Part shown: one piece after another, positions 1 through 8,089 of the stretch
How positions within the stretch are numbered: position 1 is the stretch's first letter
Layout of the letters: every line of letters begins with the position of its first letter
Assembly: GCA_038231455.1 (NCBI GenBank)
Contig: JBBRLI010000022.1
Location: 1-47,318 of the forward strand
Direction of reading: 5' to 3'
DNA length: 47,318 bases
DNA from: Vulcanimicrobiales bacterium
GTDB taxonomy: Bacteria > Vulcanimicrobiota > Vulcanimicrobiia > Vulcanimicrobiales > Vulcanimicrobiaceae
Position numbers and translations under genes: made by a program
The notes under the pieces: model-generated
Databases searched by the model: none
Seen by the model: the letters and a program-made list of their open reading frames with translations, nothing else
What the model was told of the DNA's origin: nothing

Positions 1-119
1 GCGGCCTGCGTCACCGTCGCGGCCTGCCCGTGCGCGGTCAGCGTACGAAGACCAACGCGCGCACGCGCAAGGGTCCCAAGCGCACCGTCGCCGCCAAGAA
101 GAAGATCACCAAGAAGTAA
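1..119 (+). CDS. rpsM: 30S ribosomal protein S13, 3' end (partial)
   Basis: Frame from nt 3 reads [38 protein letters not shown], the conserved S13 C-terminus; TAA at 117-119. Not in the ORF track. Confidence 0.97.
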
Positions 120-174
120 TCTCTCCCGGACGGACGAGTTTCTTTGCCCCTGGCGCTTGCGCCGGGGGCTTTTT
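86..174 (+). repeat. rpsM 3'-end direct repeat, copy 1 (intact gene; attL-like)
   Basis: Core CGCCGC(C/G)AAGAAGAAGA is shared with 2447-2463 and 16772-16788; the downstream spacer and terminator are shared with 16791-16847. Confidence 0.85.
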
Positions 175-176
175 TT
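146..176 (+). terminator. Intrinsic terminator after rpsM
   Basis: GCCCCTGGCG-CTTG-CGCCGGGGGC stem-loop followed by a 7-T run. Confidence 0.9.
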
Positions 177-306
177 ATTCTCAGATCTGGAATCGGGTTG
201 ATGGGTTCAATCCAGCGCGACGCCGACGTAGAAAGCCCTCCAAAACTACCTCGCCGAATCCCCGCGCGTAAGCAAAATTCAACAGCAAGTCCGAAGATAA
301 CGCAGA

Positions 307-341
307 AAGTCATTGACTTGCTTGTAAATTGAGCACACTGT
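307..341 (+). promoter_or_regulatory. Palindrome overlapping a possible -35 upstream of the Mrp gene
   Basis: AAGTCA-T-TGACTT at 307-319 contains TTGACT (313-318); only a weak -10 (CACTGT) lies 17 nt downstream. Confidence 0.35.
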
Positions 342-472
342 TTGAGTTGAACCGCCTCGATCAATAGCAAGATCTGGAAGCGCTGTCGGCTGCGTTGAGC
401 CCGCGCAAACGCAGTGCAACCGCCGCGCCCCTGGTCGATGCCACTTCGCGTAGAAGGTAAAAGGGCTCAAGT

Positions 473-1732
473 ATGCAGATCGGTAGTCCCGCACACGACC
501 AGGAACGCGACGACGCGCGTGGCTCAGCGTCCACGCGTTCTCCCGGCGAAAAGCTGTCGGGGATCAGACACGTTATTGCCGTGGGCAGCGGCAAAGGCGG
601 CGTTGGTAAGTCCACCGTGAGCGTGAATCTCGCGTTCGCGCTACAGGCGATCGGGGGGAGGATCGGGTTAATCGACGCTGACGTCCTCGGGCCGAGCATT
701 CCGGTGATGCTGGGACTTCCCACCGGTCAGCCGCCGGTAAAGTCCCCGAACGGCAAGATCGTTCCGGCGGAGCGCCTAGGCCTGAAGGTGATGTCCATGG
801 GCATGCTCACCGGAGACGACAAACCGGCCATCTTGCGCGGCCCGATGGTGGGCAAGTACTTAAAAATGTTCATTGACGCCGTCGAGTGGGGAGAGCTGGA
901 CTATTTACTCCTCGACCTCCCGCCGGGGACGGGCGATACCCAGTTGACGGTCGCACAAAGCATTCAGTTGTCAGGCGCGATTATCGTAACAACGCCGCAG
1001 GAAGTCAGTCTCAAGATTGCCCGTCGCGGCTTGCGAATGTTCGAAACGGTGCACGTCCCCATCCTCGGCATTATTGAAAACATGAGTACTTTTACATGTA
1101 CGCACTGTGGGCAGGGGACGGACATCTTCGGTCATGGCGGCGGCGAGCGCATGAGCCGCGAGCTCGGCGTCCCGTTCCTGGGTGCGATTCCTCTCGACGC
1201 GGGCATCGTCATTTCAGGAGATCGAGGGCGTCCGATCGTGCTCGATCGAGCGCCCTCGCCTGCAGCGCTGGTGTACCGCGCAATCGCCGCTGAGTTAGCC
1301 GACCGACTTCAGGGACGTCCGGCAGGTGAGTTAAAGCCGTTCACGTGGACTTGGGAAACCGGCGCCGGCGAACCGGCGTGGGGGGAAAACGACGTCCGAG
1401 CGGAGGGCTCTCGCACCACCGCAATCGGCTACCGGCAACGCGATGCTCGGACGCTCTCGATTCTGTGGCAGGACGGGCAGCGGAGCGACTTTGACGTCAG
1501 GGACCTGCGGTTAGCGTGCCAATGCGCGCTGTGTGTGTCGGAGATGAGCGGGGAACGCCTTTTAGATCCAAAGAGCATCCGACCGGACGTGGCTCCGCGA
1601 ACGATTTCGAGTGTGGGTAATTACGCCTTAACGATCGGTTGGAACGATGGCCACACGACCGGAATTTACACCTTCGAGCTTTTGCGCAAGCTTGGAGAAC
1701 GCGCTGCGGCGGCGGTCGTCGAGGATGTCTAA
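473..1732 (+). CDS. apbC: Mrp/NBP35 (ApbC) Fe-S carrier ATPase fused to a C-terminal DUF971 (GBBH-like N) domain
   Basis: SGKGGVGKST deviant Walker A, DADVLGPS, LDLPPGTGD, IIENMS..CTHC; C-terminal LRLACQCALC...VGNYAL.I.W.DGH.TGIY is typical of DUF971. Confidence 0.9.
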   Translation: MQIGSPAHDQERDDARGSASTRSPGEKLSGIRHVIAVGSGKGGVGKSTVSVNLAFALQAIGGRIGLIDADVLGPSIPVMLGLPTGQPPVKSPNGKIVPAERLGLKVMSMGMLTGDDKPAILRGPMVGKYLKMFIDAVEWGELDYLLLDLPPGTGDTQLTVAQSIQLSGAIIVTTPQEVSLKIARRGLRMFETVHVPILGIIENMSTFTCTHCGQGTDIFGHGGGERMSRELGVPFLGAIPLDAGIVISGDRGRPIVLDRAPSPAALVYRAIAAELADRLQGRPAGELKPFTWTWETGAGEPAWGENDVRAEGSRTTAIGYRQRDARTLSILWQDGQRSDFDVRDLRLACQCALCVSEMSGERLLDPKSIRPDVAPRTISSVGNYALTIGWNDGHTTGIYTFELLRKLGERAAAAVVEDV

Positions 1733-2360
1733 GAGCCCCGCTGACCCGGCGATTACGATCCGCGCTGAGATTTCCGCGGCGGACCCGGACACGTGTAAGT
1801 TCACCGTCAGCCGTAGCGTGTACCCGGGCGGACCGTTCTTTTTTGACAGCAAGGAACGAGCCAATGGTTCGCCTCTCATCGAGCACTTGTTCGCGCTGCC
1901 TGGCGTTGTGCACGCGCTCGTAAACGAGCATGTGGTGAACGTCGGCAAGGCATCGAGCGCGTCGTGGTCAGAACTGAAATTGGGCATCGGAACAGCTATT
2001 CGGAAGCAGTTGCTTACGGGCGTACCGGCAATCCTCAGCACACCGCGCAACGAAAACGCGCGAGTGCGAAGCGACAGCGAGCTTCGCGTGGTAATTCAAG
2101 AATTGCTCGACAAGGAAGTAAATCGTTCCATCGCAGCTCACGGCGGCAAGATTTCGGTCACCGATGTTCGCGATGCTCGCCTCTTCATTGCGATGAGCGG
2201 CGGATGTCAGGGATGCGCGGCGTCTCAATTGACTCTGCGACAAGGCTTCGAGGTCATGGTGCGCAAGGTTGCGCCGGAGATCGTGGAGATCGTTGACATG
2301 ACCGACCACGCGCTGGGAACAAAACCGTATTACGAGCGCACCTCATCAATCGAACGTTGA
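1725..2360 (+). CDS. NifU/NfuA-family Fe-S carrier (Nfu_N + NifU_C domains)
   Basis: ATG 1725 after GAGG, overlapping the Mrp stop; N-terminal scaffold-like domain (SPLIEHLFALPGV) and C-terminal HGG...MSGGCQGC motif. Confidence 0.88.
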   Translation: MSKSPADPAITIRAEISAADPDTCKFTVSRSVYPGGPFFFDSKERANGSPLIEHLFALPGVVHALVNEHVVNVGKASSASWSELKLGIGTAIRKQLLTGVPAILSTPRNENARVRSDSELRVVIQELLDKEVNRSIAAHGGKISVTDVRDARLFIAMSGGCQGCAASQLTLRQGFEVMVRKVAPEIVEIVDMTDHALGTKPYYERTSSIER

Positions 2361-2446
2361 GTCAACACGAAGAGGCTCCGGGCTTCGGGCCAACCGAACG
2401 CCGACTGCTGATGATGAATCGTGTAGAGCCGCAGCGACGGCAATGC

Positions 2447-2472
2447 CGCCGCCAAGAAGAAGATCGCCAAGA
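2447..2472 (+). repeat. rpsM 3'-end direct repeat, copy 2
   Basis: CGCCGCCAAGAAGAAGATCGCCAAGA matches rpsM nt 89-114 at 25/26 positions; lies in the gap between convergent nifU and gntR. Confidence 0.85.
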
Positions 2473-2492
2473 TCTGGTTCGGACGGGACGAT

Positions 2493-3239
2493 TTATTCGA
2501 TTGGAGGTTCGTCCAGTCTCGTCGAATTTTCTCGGGTGAGGACGTTGGTCACAGCGACACGGGCCGCATCGAGTTGTTCTCGCATCTCATGTCCGGCCGC
2601 TTCTTCGTTGCCCGTCGCGATGGCGGCGACGATGGCGCGGGCGTGCTCGAGCGACGCTGCCATGCGGCCCTCATAGCGCATTGCGATGCGTCGCAGGCGC
2701 CGCACCGGGCCCGAGAGCGCTTCATACGAGCGGCGCAGCGTCGCATTGGCCGTGAGTTCCATGATCACGTCGTAGAAGCGGTCCAACTCGACGGTATAGC
2801 CGACGGTGTCGTTCGCAGCGACGTGCGGTTCGAGCGCGGTGAGGCGTTCTTCGAGCATCGCGCGGCCGACGCCGGTGAGGCGCCGCGCGACGATGCGGAC
2901 GGCCTGCACTTCGAGCGCTTCGCGCGTCTCGTAGATCTCGCCGACATCGTGCGCATCGATCGAACGAACGTAGACGCCGGCGCGCGCGACCGTCACGACC
3001 AGCCCCTCGCGTTCGAGTTGAGCGAAGGCCTCGCGGACCGGCGTGCGGCTCACGCCGAAGTGAGCGCCGATCTCGGCTTCCGCAAGCCGGCTGCCCGGTA
3101 GCAGGCGGCCCTCGACGATCGCTTCGCGCAGAGCCGGCACCACGCGGACATCGGAGAGCGACTCGTTCGAGGCGGGCGGCCGCGCGGACGACGGACGTAG
3201 GCGAGCGACCCCGCCCAGGCTGGAATTTTTCTTCGTCAT
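2493..3239 (-). CDS. GntR-family (FCD) transcriptional regulator
   Basis: wHTH motif LPGSRLAEAEIGAHFGVSRTPVREAF, C-terminal EH..I..AI FCD motif. The start could instead be 3269. Confidence 0.92.
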   Translation of the reverse strand: MTKKNSSLGGVARLRPSSARPPASNESLSDVRVVPALREAIVEGRLLPGSRLAEAEIGAHFGVSRTPVREAFAQLEREGLVVTVARAGVYVRSIDAHDVGEIYETREALEVQAVRIVARRLTGVGRAMLEERLTALEPHVAANDTVGYTVELDRFYDVIMELTANATLRRSYEALSGPVRRLRRIAMRYEGRMAASLEHARAIVAAIATGNEEAAGHEMREQLDAARVAVTNVLTRENSTRLDEPPIE

Positions 3240-3269
3240 GCTCCGCTTCGCGCAGGAATCCGCATCCAC

Positions 3270-3292
3270 ATACCCCGTATTTCGGGTATACT
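3270..3292. promoter_or_regulatory. Putative GntR operator / divergent promoter
   Basis: ATACCC-N8-GGGTAT inverted repeat (3270-3289) overlapping TATACT (3287-3292), between gntR and the crotonase gene. Confidence 0.45.
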
Positions 3293-4036
3293 GTGTCTAC
3301 AACCTCGCCGAACGGTTCCGCCCGCGTTCATGTCGATGGCGCCGCCGACGTCCTCACCGTCACGCTCGATTATCCCGAACGCGAGAACGAGATCTCCGTG
3401 GCAATGTTCGAGCGGCTGGTCGATTTGCTCGGGCGCGAAGCCGATAAGCCCAGCGCGAAAGTGCTCGTGCTGCGCGGCGCCGGCGCCGCCTTCTGCACCG
3501 GCCGGGAGCGCTCGGCGACCGATCTTGCTGGCATGCAGGCCGAAGCGAAGCGGATCATTGCGCTCAAGCGTGCCCTGCGCGCAACGCCGCTCATCACGGT
3601 TGCGCGCGTACACGGCGCGGCCGCAGGGTTTGGTATGGGCCTCGCGCTCCTGTGCGATTTCGCGATCGTCGCGGAGACGGCAACGCTGCAATTTCCGGAA
3701 ATGAAGATGGGCCTGCCGCCCGCCGCGATCATGGCATACCTCGGTGAGTTCGCCTTGCCGCGCCATGCGTTTCCGCTCGTGCTCTTCGGCGATCCGTTCA
3801 CGGCGCGACACGCCAAAGACATCGGCCTTATTTCCGATGTCGTGCCGATGGCCGAACTCGACGCGACGGTCGACGCGCTCGTCAAACGCATTTGCGCCAT
3901 CGGCGCCGCGAGCGCCCGCGCGTGCAAAGAACTCTTCCAAACGATGCAACAGCAATCGTTCGATGCCAACTGCCGGTTGGCCGCGGACGCGCTACCCTTG
4001 GCAAGCGCGACGCTCATTCGTCGCGCCGCACACTAG
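3293..4036 (+). CDS. Enoyl-CoA hydratase/isomerase (crotonase superfamily) protein
   Basis: VLVLRGAGAAFCTG, ARVHGAAAGFGMGLALLCDF, FPEMKMGL motifs. Confidence 0.88.
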   Translation: MSTTSPNGSARVHVDGAADVLTVTLDYPERENEISVAMFERLVDLLGREADKPSAKVLVLRGAGAAFCTGRERSATDLAGMQAEAKRIIALKRALRATPLITVARVHGAAAGFGMGLALLCDFAIVAETATLQFPEMKMGLPPAAIMAYLGEFALPRHAFPLVLFGDPFTARHAKDIGLISDVVPMAELDATVDALVKRICAIGAASARACKELFQTMQQQSFDANCRLAADALPLASATLIRRAAH

Positions 4037-4056
4037 ACCGCCCCGGAGGAACAGCC

Positions 4057-5445
4057 TTGGTTTCCGCACTTCGTACGACCGTCAACGCCGGCCCGCGGCT
4101 CGACCGTTTACCGACAACCGCCCTGCATCGCCGCGTGATGTGGCTGATCGGTATCGGGATGTTCTTCGACGGTTTCGACATCTACGTCGCGGCATCGGTT
4201 CTCGGCGCGCTGCTCAAGAGCGGCTTCTCGACCTTCCCGCTCAACAGCGTCTTCGTGCAGCTCACGTTCCTCGGAACGATGGTCGGCTCGATCGTCACCG
4301 GGTTCCTCGGCGATCGTTACGGCCGCCGCTTTACGTATCAAGCGAATCTCTTGATCTTCGGGCTCGCGGCAATCGCTTCGGCGTTCGTGCCTGATATGCT
4401 GTGGCTCATCGCGATGCGCTTCATCATGGGCATCGGACTCGGCGCCGAGAACGTCGTCGGCTACTCGACGATGACGGAATTCGCACCGGCGCGCGCGCGC
4501 GGCAAATGGCTCGCTACGGTCGCCGTGTTCGTGGTGAGCGGTCTGCCCGCTGCCGCACTGCTTGCGTCGTTCGTGATTCCGCACTACGGCTGGCGGCCGA
4601 TGTTCATCGTCGGCGGCGTCGGCGCACTCATCGTGTGGTATCTGCGCAAGCAGTTGCCGGAATCGCCGCGCTGGCTGGAATCCGTCGGCCGCTTCGATGA
4701 GGCCGACAAGATCGTCAAGACGTTCGAAGACTCCGCGCGCGAACTCGGTGCACTCCCGCCCGTTCCGGCCGCTGCTCCCGCACCGGCCAAAGTTGGCGTC
4801 GGCGCGCTCTTTCAAAAGCCGCTCTTGCCGCGTACCATCGTCGCGCTGGTTACGCTCTTCACGATCAATGCGTGGCTCTACGGTTTCATCACCTGGATTC
4901 CGCAGTTCTTCGTCAAAGAAGGCTTGAGTATCGCAACGTCGTTCTCGTTTGCGCTGACGATGGCTTTCGGTGCGCCGATCGGTGCCGCAATCGGCGCGTT
5001 CACCGCCGATGCGTGGGGCCGCAAGCCGACGATCGTCACGGCGTCGGTCGTGGCGATCGTCTTCGCGGCAATCTATCCGTTCGTTCACGATGCCGTCCTC
5101 TTACCGCTCGTTGGTTTCTGCCTGACCGTGCCGATCTACGTGCTGGTCGCCCTGCTGTTCGGCGTGTACATTCCGGAACTGTTCCCAACCGAAGTACGCT
5201 TGCGCGCATCCGGCATTACCAACATGTTCGGACGCGCTGCGGCCGTCGTCGTGCCACCGCTCGTCATCATCCTCTTCACGCGCAACGGTGTTGCCGGCGT
5301 GCTCGCCTTCATGATCGCGCTGACCGTCGTCCAAATCATCGTCGTTGCGACGCTCGGCATCGAGCCGAAGTCGCGTGGGCTCGAAGAGCTCGACGATGTC
5401 GCTCGCTCCGGTGCGGGCGTCAATGCGCAAACCGTAGGAGTCTAG
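4057..5445 (+). CDS. MFS transporter (aromatic acid/metabolite:H+ symporter-like)
   Basis: TTG 4057 after GGAGGA; FFDGFD, GDRYGRR motif A, PESPRW, ELFPTEVR; about 12 hydrophobic segments. Confidence 0.92.
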   Translation: MVSALRTTVNAGPRLDRLPTTALHRRVMWLIGIGMFFDGFDIYVAASVLGALLKSGFSTFPLNSVFVQLTFLGTMVGSIVTGFLGDRYGRRFTYQANLLIFGLAAIASAFVPDMLWLIAMRFIMGIGLGAENVVGYSTMTEFAPARARGKWLATVAVFVVSGLPAAALLASFVIPHYGWRPMFIVGGVGALIVWYLRKQLPESPRWLESVGRFDEADKIVKTFEDSARELGALPPVPAAAPAPAKVGVGALFQKPLLPRTIVALVTLFTINAWLYGFITWIPQFFVKEGLSIATSFSFALTMAFGAPIGAAIGAFTADAWGRKPTIVTASVVAIVFAAIYPFVHDAVLLPLVGFCLTVPIYVLVALLFGVYIPELFPTEVRLRASGITNMFGRAAAVVVPPLVIILFTRNGVAGVLAFMIALTVVQIIVVATLGIEPKSRGLEELDDVARSGAGVNAQTVGV

Positions 5446-5449
5446 CCGC

Positions 5450-6994
5450 ATGCTCGCCGCTCAACCCTTTCCTAAAACCAGTGTCTTGAACGGACCGAGC
5501 GGTCTGCTGCACGCACCGCTTTTCATCGACGGCGCGTGGTGCGAAGCCGCGGACGCTGCAACGCTTGAGACCGTCAATCCCGCCGACGGGACACGCCTCG
5601 GCACGCTCGCAGCCGCGAGCGCAGCCGATGTGGACCGCGCCGTGCGCGTCGCCGATGCCGCATTCGCGAGCGGCGTCTGGCGCGATGCCGGCAATCAGTA
5701 CCGTGCGCGCGTGCTCAATCGTTTCGCCGATCTCTTCGAGGCCGAACTCGAGACGTTTTACACGCTCGAAACGCGCAACAACGGGCGCCCGATCGTCGAA
5801 ACGCGCGCGCAGATCGGACGTCTTCCCTACTTCTATCGCTACTTCGCTTCGCTCGCACTGACGTACCGCGACTCCGTCATCCCGATCGAAGGCCCGTTCC
5901 TCCACTACACGCAGCGCGTGCCGCTCGGCGTTGCCGCGCTCATGCCGTCCTTCAACCATCCGCTGATGATTCTTTCGAAGAGTCTCGCGCCTGCGCTCGC
6001 GACAGGCAACAGCGTGGTCATCAAGCCCTCGGAACAGACGCCCTACACGACCGTCAGGCTGGTGGAATTGCTCACCGAAGCCGGCGTGCCCAAGGGCGTG
6101 CTCAATCTCGTCAACGGCACGGGTCCGGTCACGGGGGCGGCGCTTTCGCAACATCCCGATGTGCGCAAAATCGTGTTCACGGGCGGGACGGAAGTCGGCC
6201 GTCAAATCGGCATGGCCGCGGCCAAAAACTTCGCGATCTCAACCCTCGAACTTGGCGGCAAGGGCGCGGTCATCGTGTTCGATGATATGCCGCTCGAGCG
6301 TGCCGTAGCCGGTGCCACCTTCGCTGCATTTATCGGCGCGGGGCAAACCTGTGTGTGCGGCGCGCGCATTCTGGTGCAACGCACGATGTACGATAAATTC
6401 TGCGCTGCTTTCGCAGAAAAGGTGAAGCATATTCGCGTCGGCGATCCGAGCGACGAACGCACGCAACTCGGTCCCGTCATTTCGGAGCGTTCGCGTACGC
6501 GCATTCTCGGTATGCTCGATCGTGCCAAAGCCGCTGGCGCATCGCTGCTCGTCGGCGGTGGCATTCCCACCGGCGTCAACGCGAACGGCTTCTTTATCGA
6601 ACCGACGGCCGTATTCAACGTGACGCCGGAAATGGAGATCGCCCAAGACGAAGTCTTCGGCCCGGTCACCGTCGTCATGCCGTTCGAGGATGAAGCCGAC
6701 GCGCTGCGGATCGCGAACGGCACGAAGTTTGGTCTTGCCGCCTCACTTTGGACCAACGACGTCGCGCGCGCCCATCGTGTCGCCTCGAAGTTGATCTTCG
6801 GCATGGTCTGGATCAACGAGCATCACCGGCTCGACCCCGCATCGCCCTGGGGCGGCTTTAAAAACAGCGGTACCGGCCGCGAAACGGGGATCGAATCGTT
6901 TGATGCGTTCACCGAACCGCGCGCCGTCACGGTCAATACGACGGGCGTAACGCCGGACTGGTACGGAAGCGAAACGCCGAAACGCCTTAACTAG
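5450..6994 (+). CDS. NAD(P)-dependent aldehyde dehydrogenase
   Basis: KPSE, FTGGT, catalytic ELGGK and GQTC, EVFGP, PWGGFKNSG motifs. Confidence 0.95.
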   Translation: MLAAQPFPKTSVLNGPSGLLHAPLFIDGAWCEAADAATLETVNPADGTRLGTLAAASAADVDRAVRVADAAFASGVWRDAGNQYRARVLNRFADLFEAELETFYTLETRNNGRPIVETRAQIGRLPYFYRYFASLALTYRDSVIPIEGPFLHYTQRVPLGVAALMPSFNHPLMILSKSLAPALATGNSVVIKPSEQTPYTTVRLVELLTEAGVPKGVLNLVNGTGPVTGAALSQHPDVRKIVFTGGTEVGRQIGMAAAKNFAISTLELGGKGAVIVFDDMPLERAVAGATFAAFIGAGQTCVCGARILVQRTMYDKFCAAFAEKVKHIRVGDPSDERTQLGPVISERSRTRILGMLDRAKAAGASLLVGGGIPTGVNANGFFIEPTAVFNVTPEMEIAQDEVFGPVTVVMPFEDEADALRIANGTKFGLAASLWTNDVARAHRVASKLIFGMVWINEHHRLDPASPWGGFKNSGTGRETGIESFDAFTEPRAVTVNTTGVTPDWYGSETPKRLN

Positions 6995-7040
6995 GAGAGG
7001 TCGATCGCAGCGGGCTACTTGGTTTTGAATGTGCCTCCGG

Positions 7041-7054
7041 GTCGCTTCGGCGAC
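7041..7054. terminator. Small hairpin between convergent ALDH and cytochrome c genes
   Basis: GTCGC-TTCG-GCGAC (UUCG tetraloop); no clear U-tract. Confidence 0.35.
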
Positions 7055-7410
7055 TACATTTTTTGCACGAAGGCGGCGACGTCGTCGACGTCACGTTCGG
7101 AAAGCGGAACCGGGTAGAGTTTCGGCATCGGAGCCAGTGGGTGCTTGATCCACGCGATCGTCGCGTCGTAGTTCTTCCGGTTGTGCTCGCCGCGCAGCGA
7201 TGGCCCCACACCGCCTTCGAGGCCGTTGACGCCGTGGCAGACCGAACAATTGGCGGCAAAGACGACTTTTCCGCGATCCGCATTGCCGACCACCGCGACG
7301 CTCGAGTGGGGCGATGGCGACGCGTCGATCGTCGCCTTGCCGCTACCTCCGGCGCACGCCGCTAGCGCGGCAAGCGCCGCGAATGCAATGATGCCTCGCA
7401 CGCTACGCAT
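7054..7410 (-). CDS. Monoheme cytochrome c lipoprotein
   Basis: Signal peptide with lipobox LAAC, heme motif CSVCH, distal Met in APMP. Confidence 0.9.
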   Translation of the reverse strand: MRSVRGIIAFAALAALAACAGGSGKATIDASPSPHSSVAVVGNADRGKVVFAANCSVCHGVNGLEGGVGPSLRGEHNRKNYDATIAWIKHPLAPMPKLYPVPLSERDVDDVAAFVQKM

Positions 7411-8089
7411 GACCCGATCCTCGCGAAAAAGCAAACGCCGCAGCCGCCATCACACCGGCGGCGATCCATCCGAGGAAGCCCTCGGGGACGCTGCCGCTCG
7501 TGGGCATCGGCAGCACCGGCTGGGGTTCGGCGCGATGCGCCGCTACGTAGGCAACCAATGAATCGAGATCGCGCTCGCTGAGTTGAGCGGTTGAAAATTT
7601 TGGCATGTTGCCCGGACCGAGTCGCACGGCTTCGCCGACCTGCGTGACGCTGGCCCGGTTGAGCGACGGTGCCCAACTCTTGCCGCCGATCGATGCGCCC
7701 TCGGCATCGACCCCGTGACAATGCATGCAGTTCTCCCGAAAAAGTGTGCGGCCGCGCGCGGCGTCGCCGTTCGTGCCGACCGGAGGAATGGGCTCCCCGC
7801 CCGGCTGGACGGAGGTCACGTAGTCGACGATCGCGTCGATTTCGTTTTGCGGAAGTTGCGGCCCGCGATGGCCGACCTGCACCCACGGTACGGCAGCCGG
7901 CATGCGGCCGGTGCCGACCCAGAAGTCGACGTCTGCCGCGCCGACGCCGCGGATCGAGGGCGCGTTCGTCCCGCCACGCAAGTCGACGCCGTGGCACGAC
8001 GCGCACTCTGCTCGGTAGGCGGTCTGTCCGTCGCGGGGGGGCGGACTGCCCAGCGCGATTACCGTCGCGAGCATCAGCGCGGGCATCAT
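7403..8089 (-). CDS. qcrC: Diheme cytochrome c (cc) subunit of a bcc complex
   Basis: Two CXXCH motifs (CASCH, CMHCH), F.VGTGRMP and GP..MP.F motifs, C-terminal G.VPEG+TM helix as in actinobacterial QcrC. Confidence 0.85.
   Translation of the reverse strand: MMPALMLATVIALGSPPPRDGQTAYRAECASCHGVDLRGGTNAPSIRGVGAADVDFWVGTGRMPAAVPWVQVGHRGPQLPQNEIDAIVDYVTSVQPGGEPIPPVGTNGDAARGRTLFRENCMHCHGVDAEGASIGGKSWAPSLNRASVTQVGEAVRLGPGNMPKFSTAQLSERDLDSLVAYVAAHRAEPQPVLPMPTSGSVPEGFLGWIAAGVMAAAAFAFSRGSGHA

Noticed and set aside
38-370. 110-aa minus-strand ORF and other short ORFs over the rpsM end and first intergenic gap
   Set aside because: Antisense to rpsM and its terminator; no recognisable motif and no integrase remnant.
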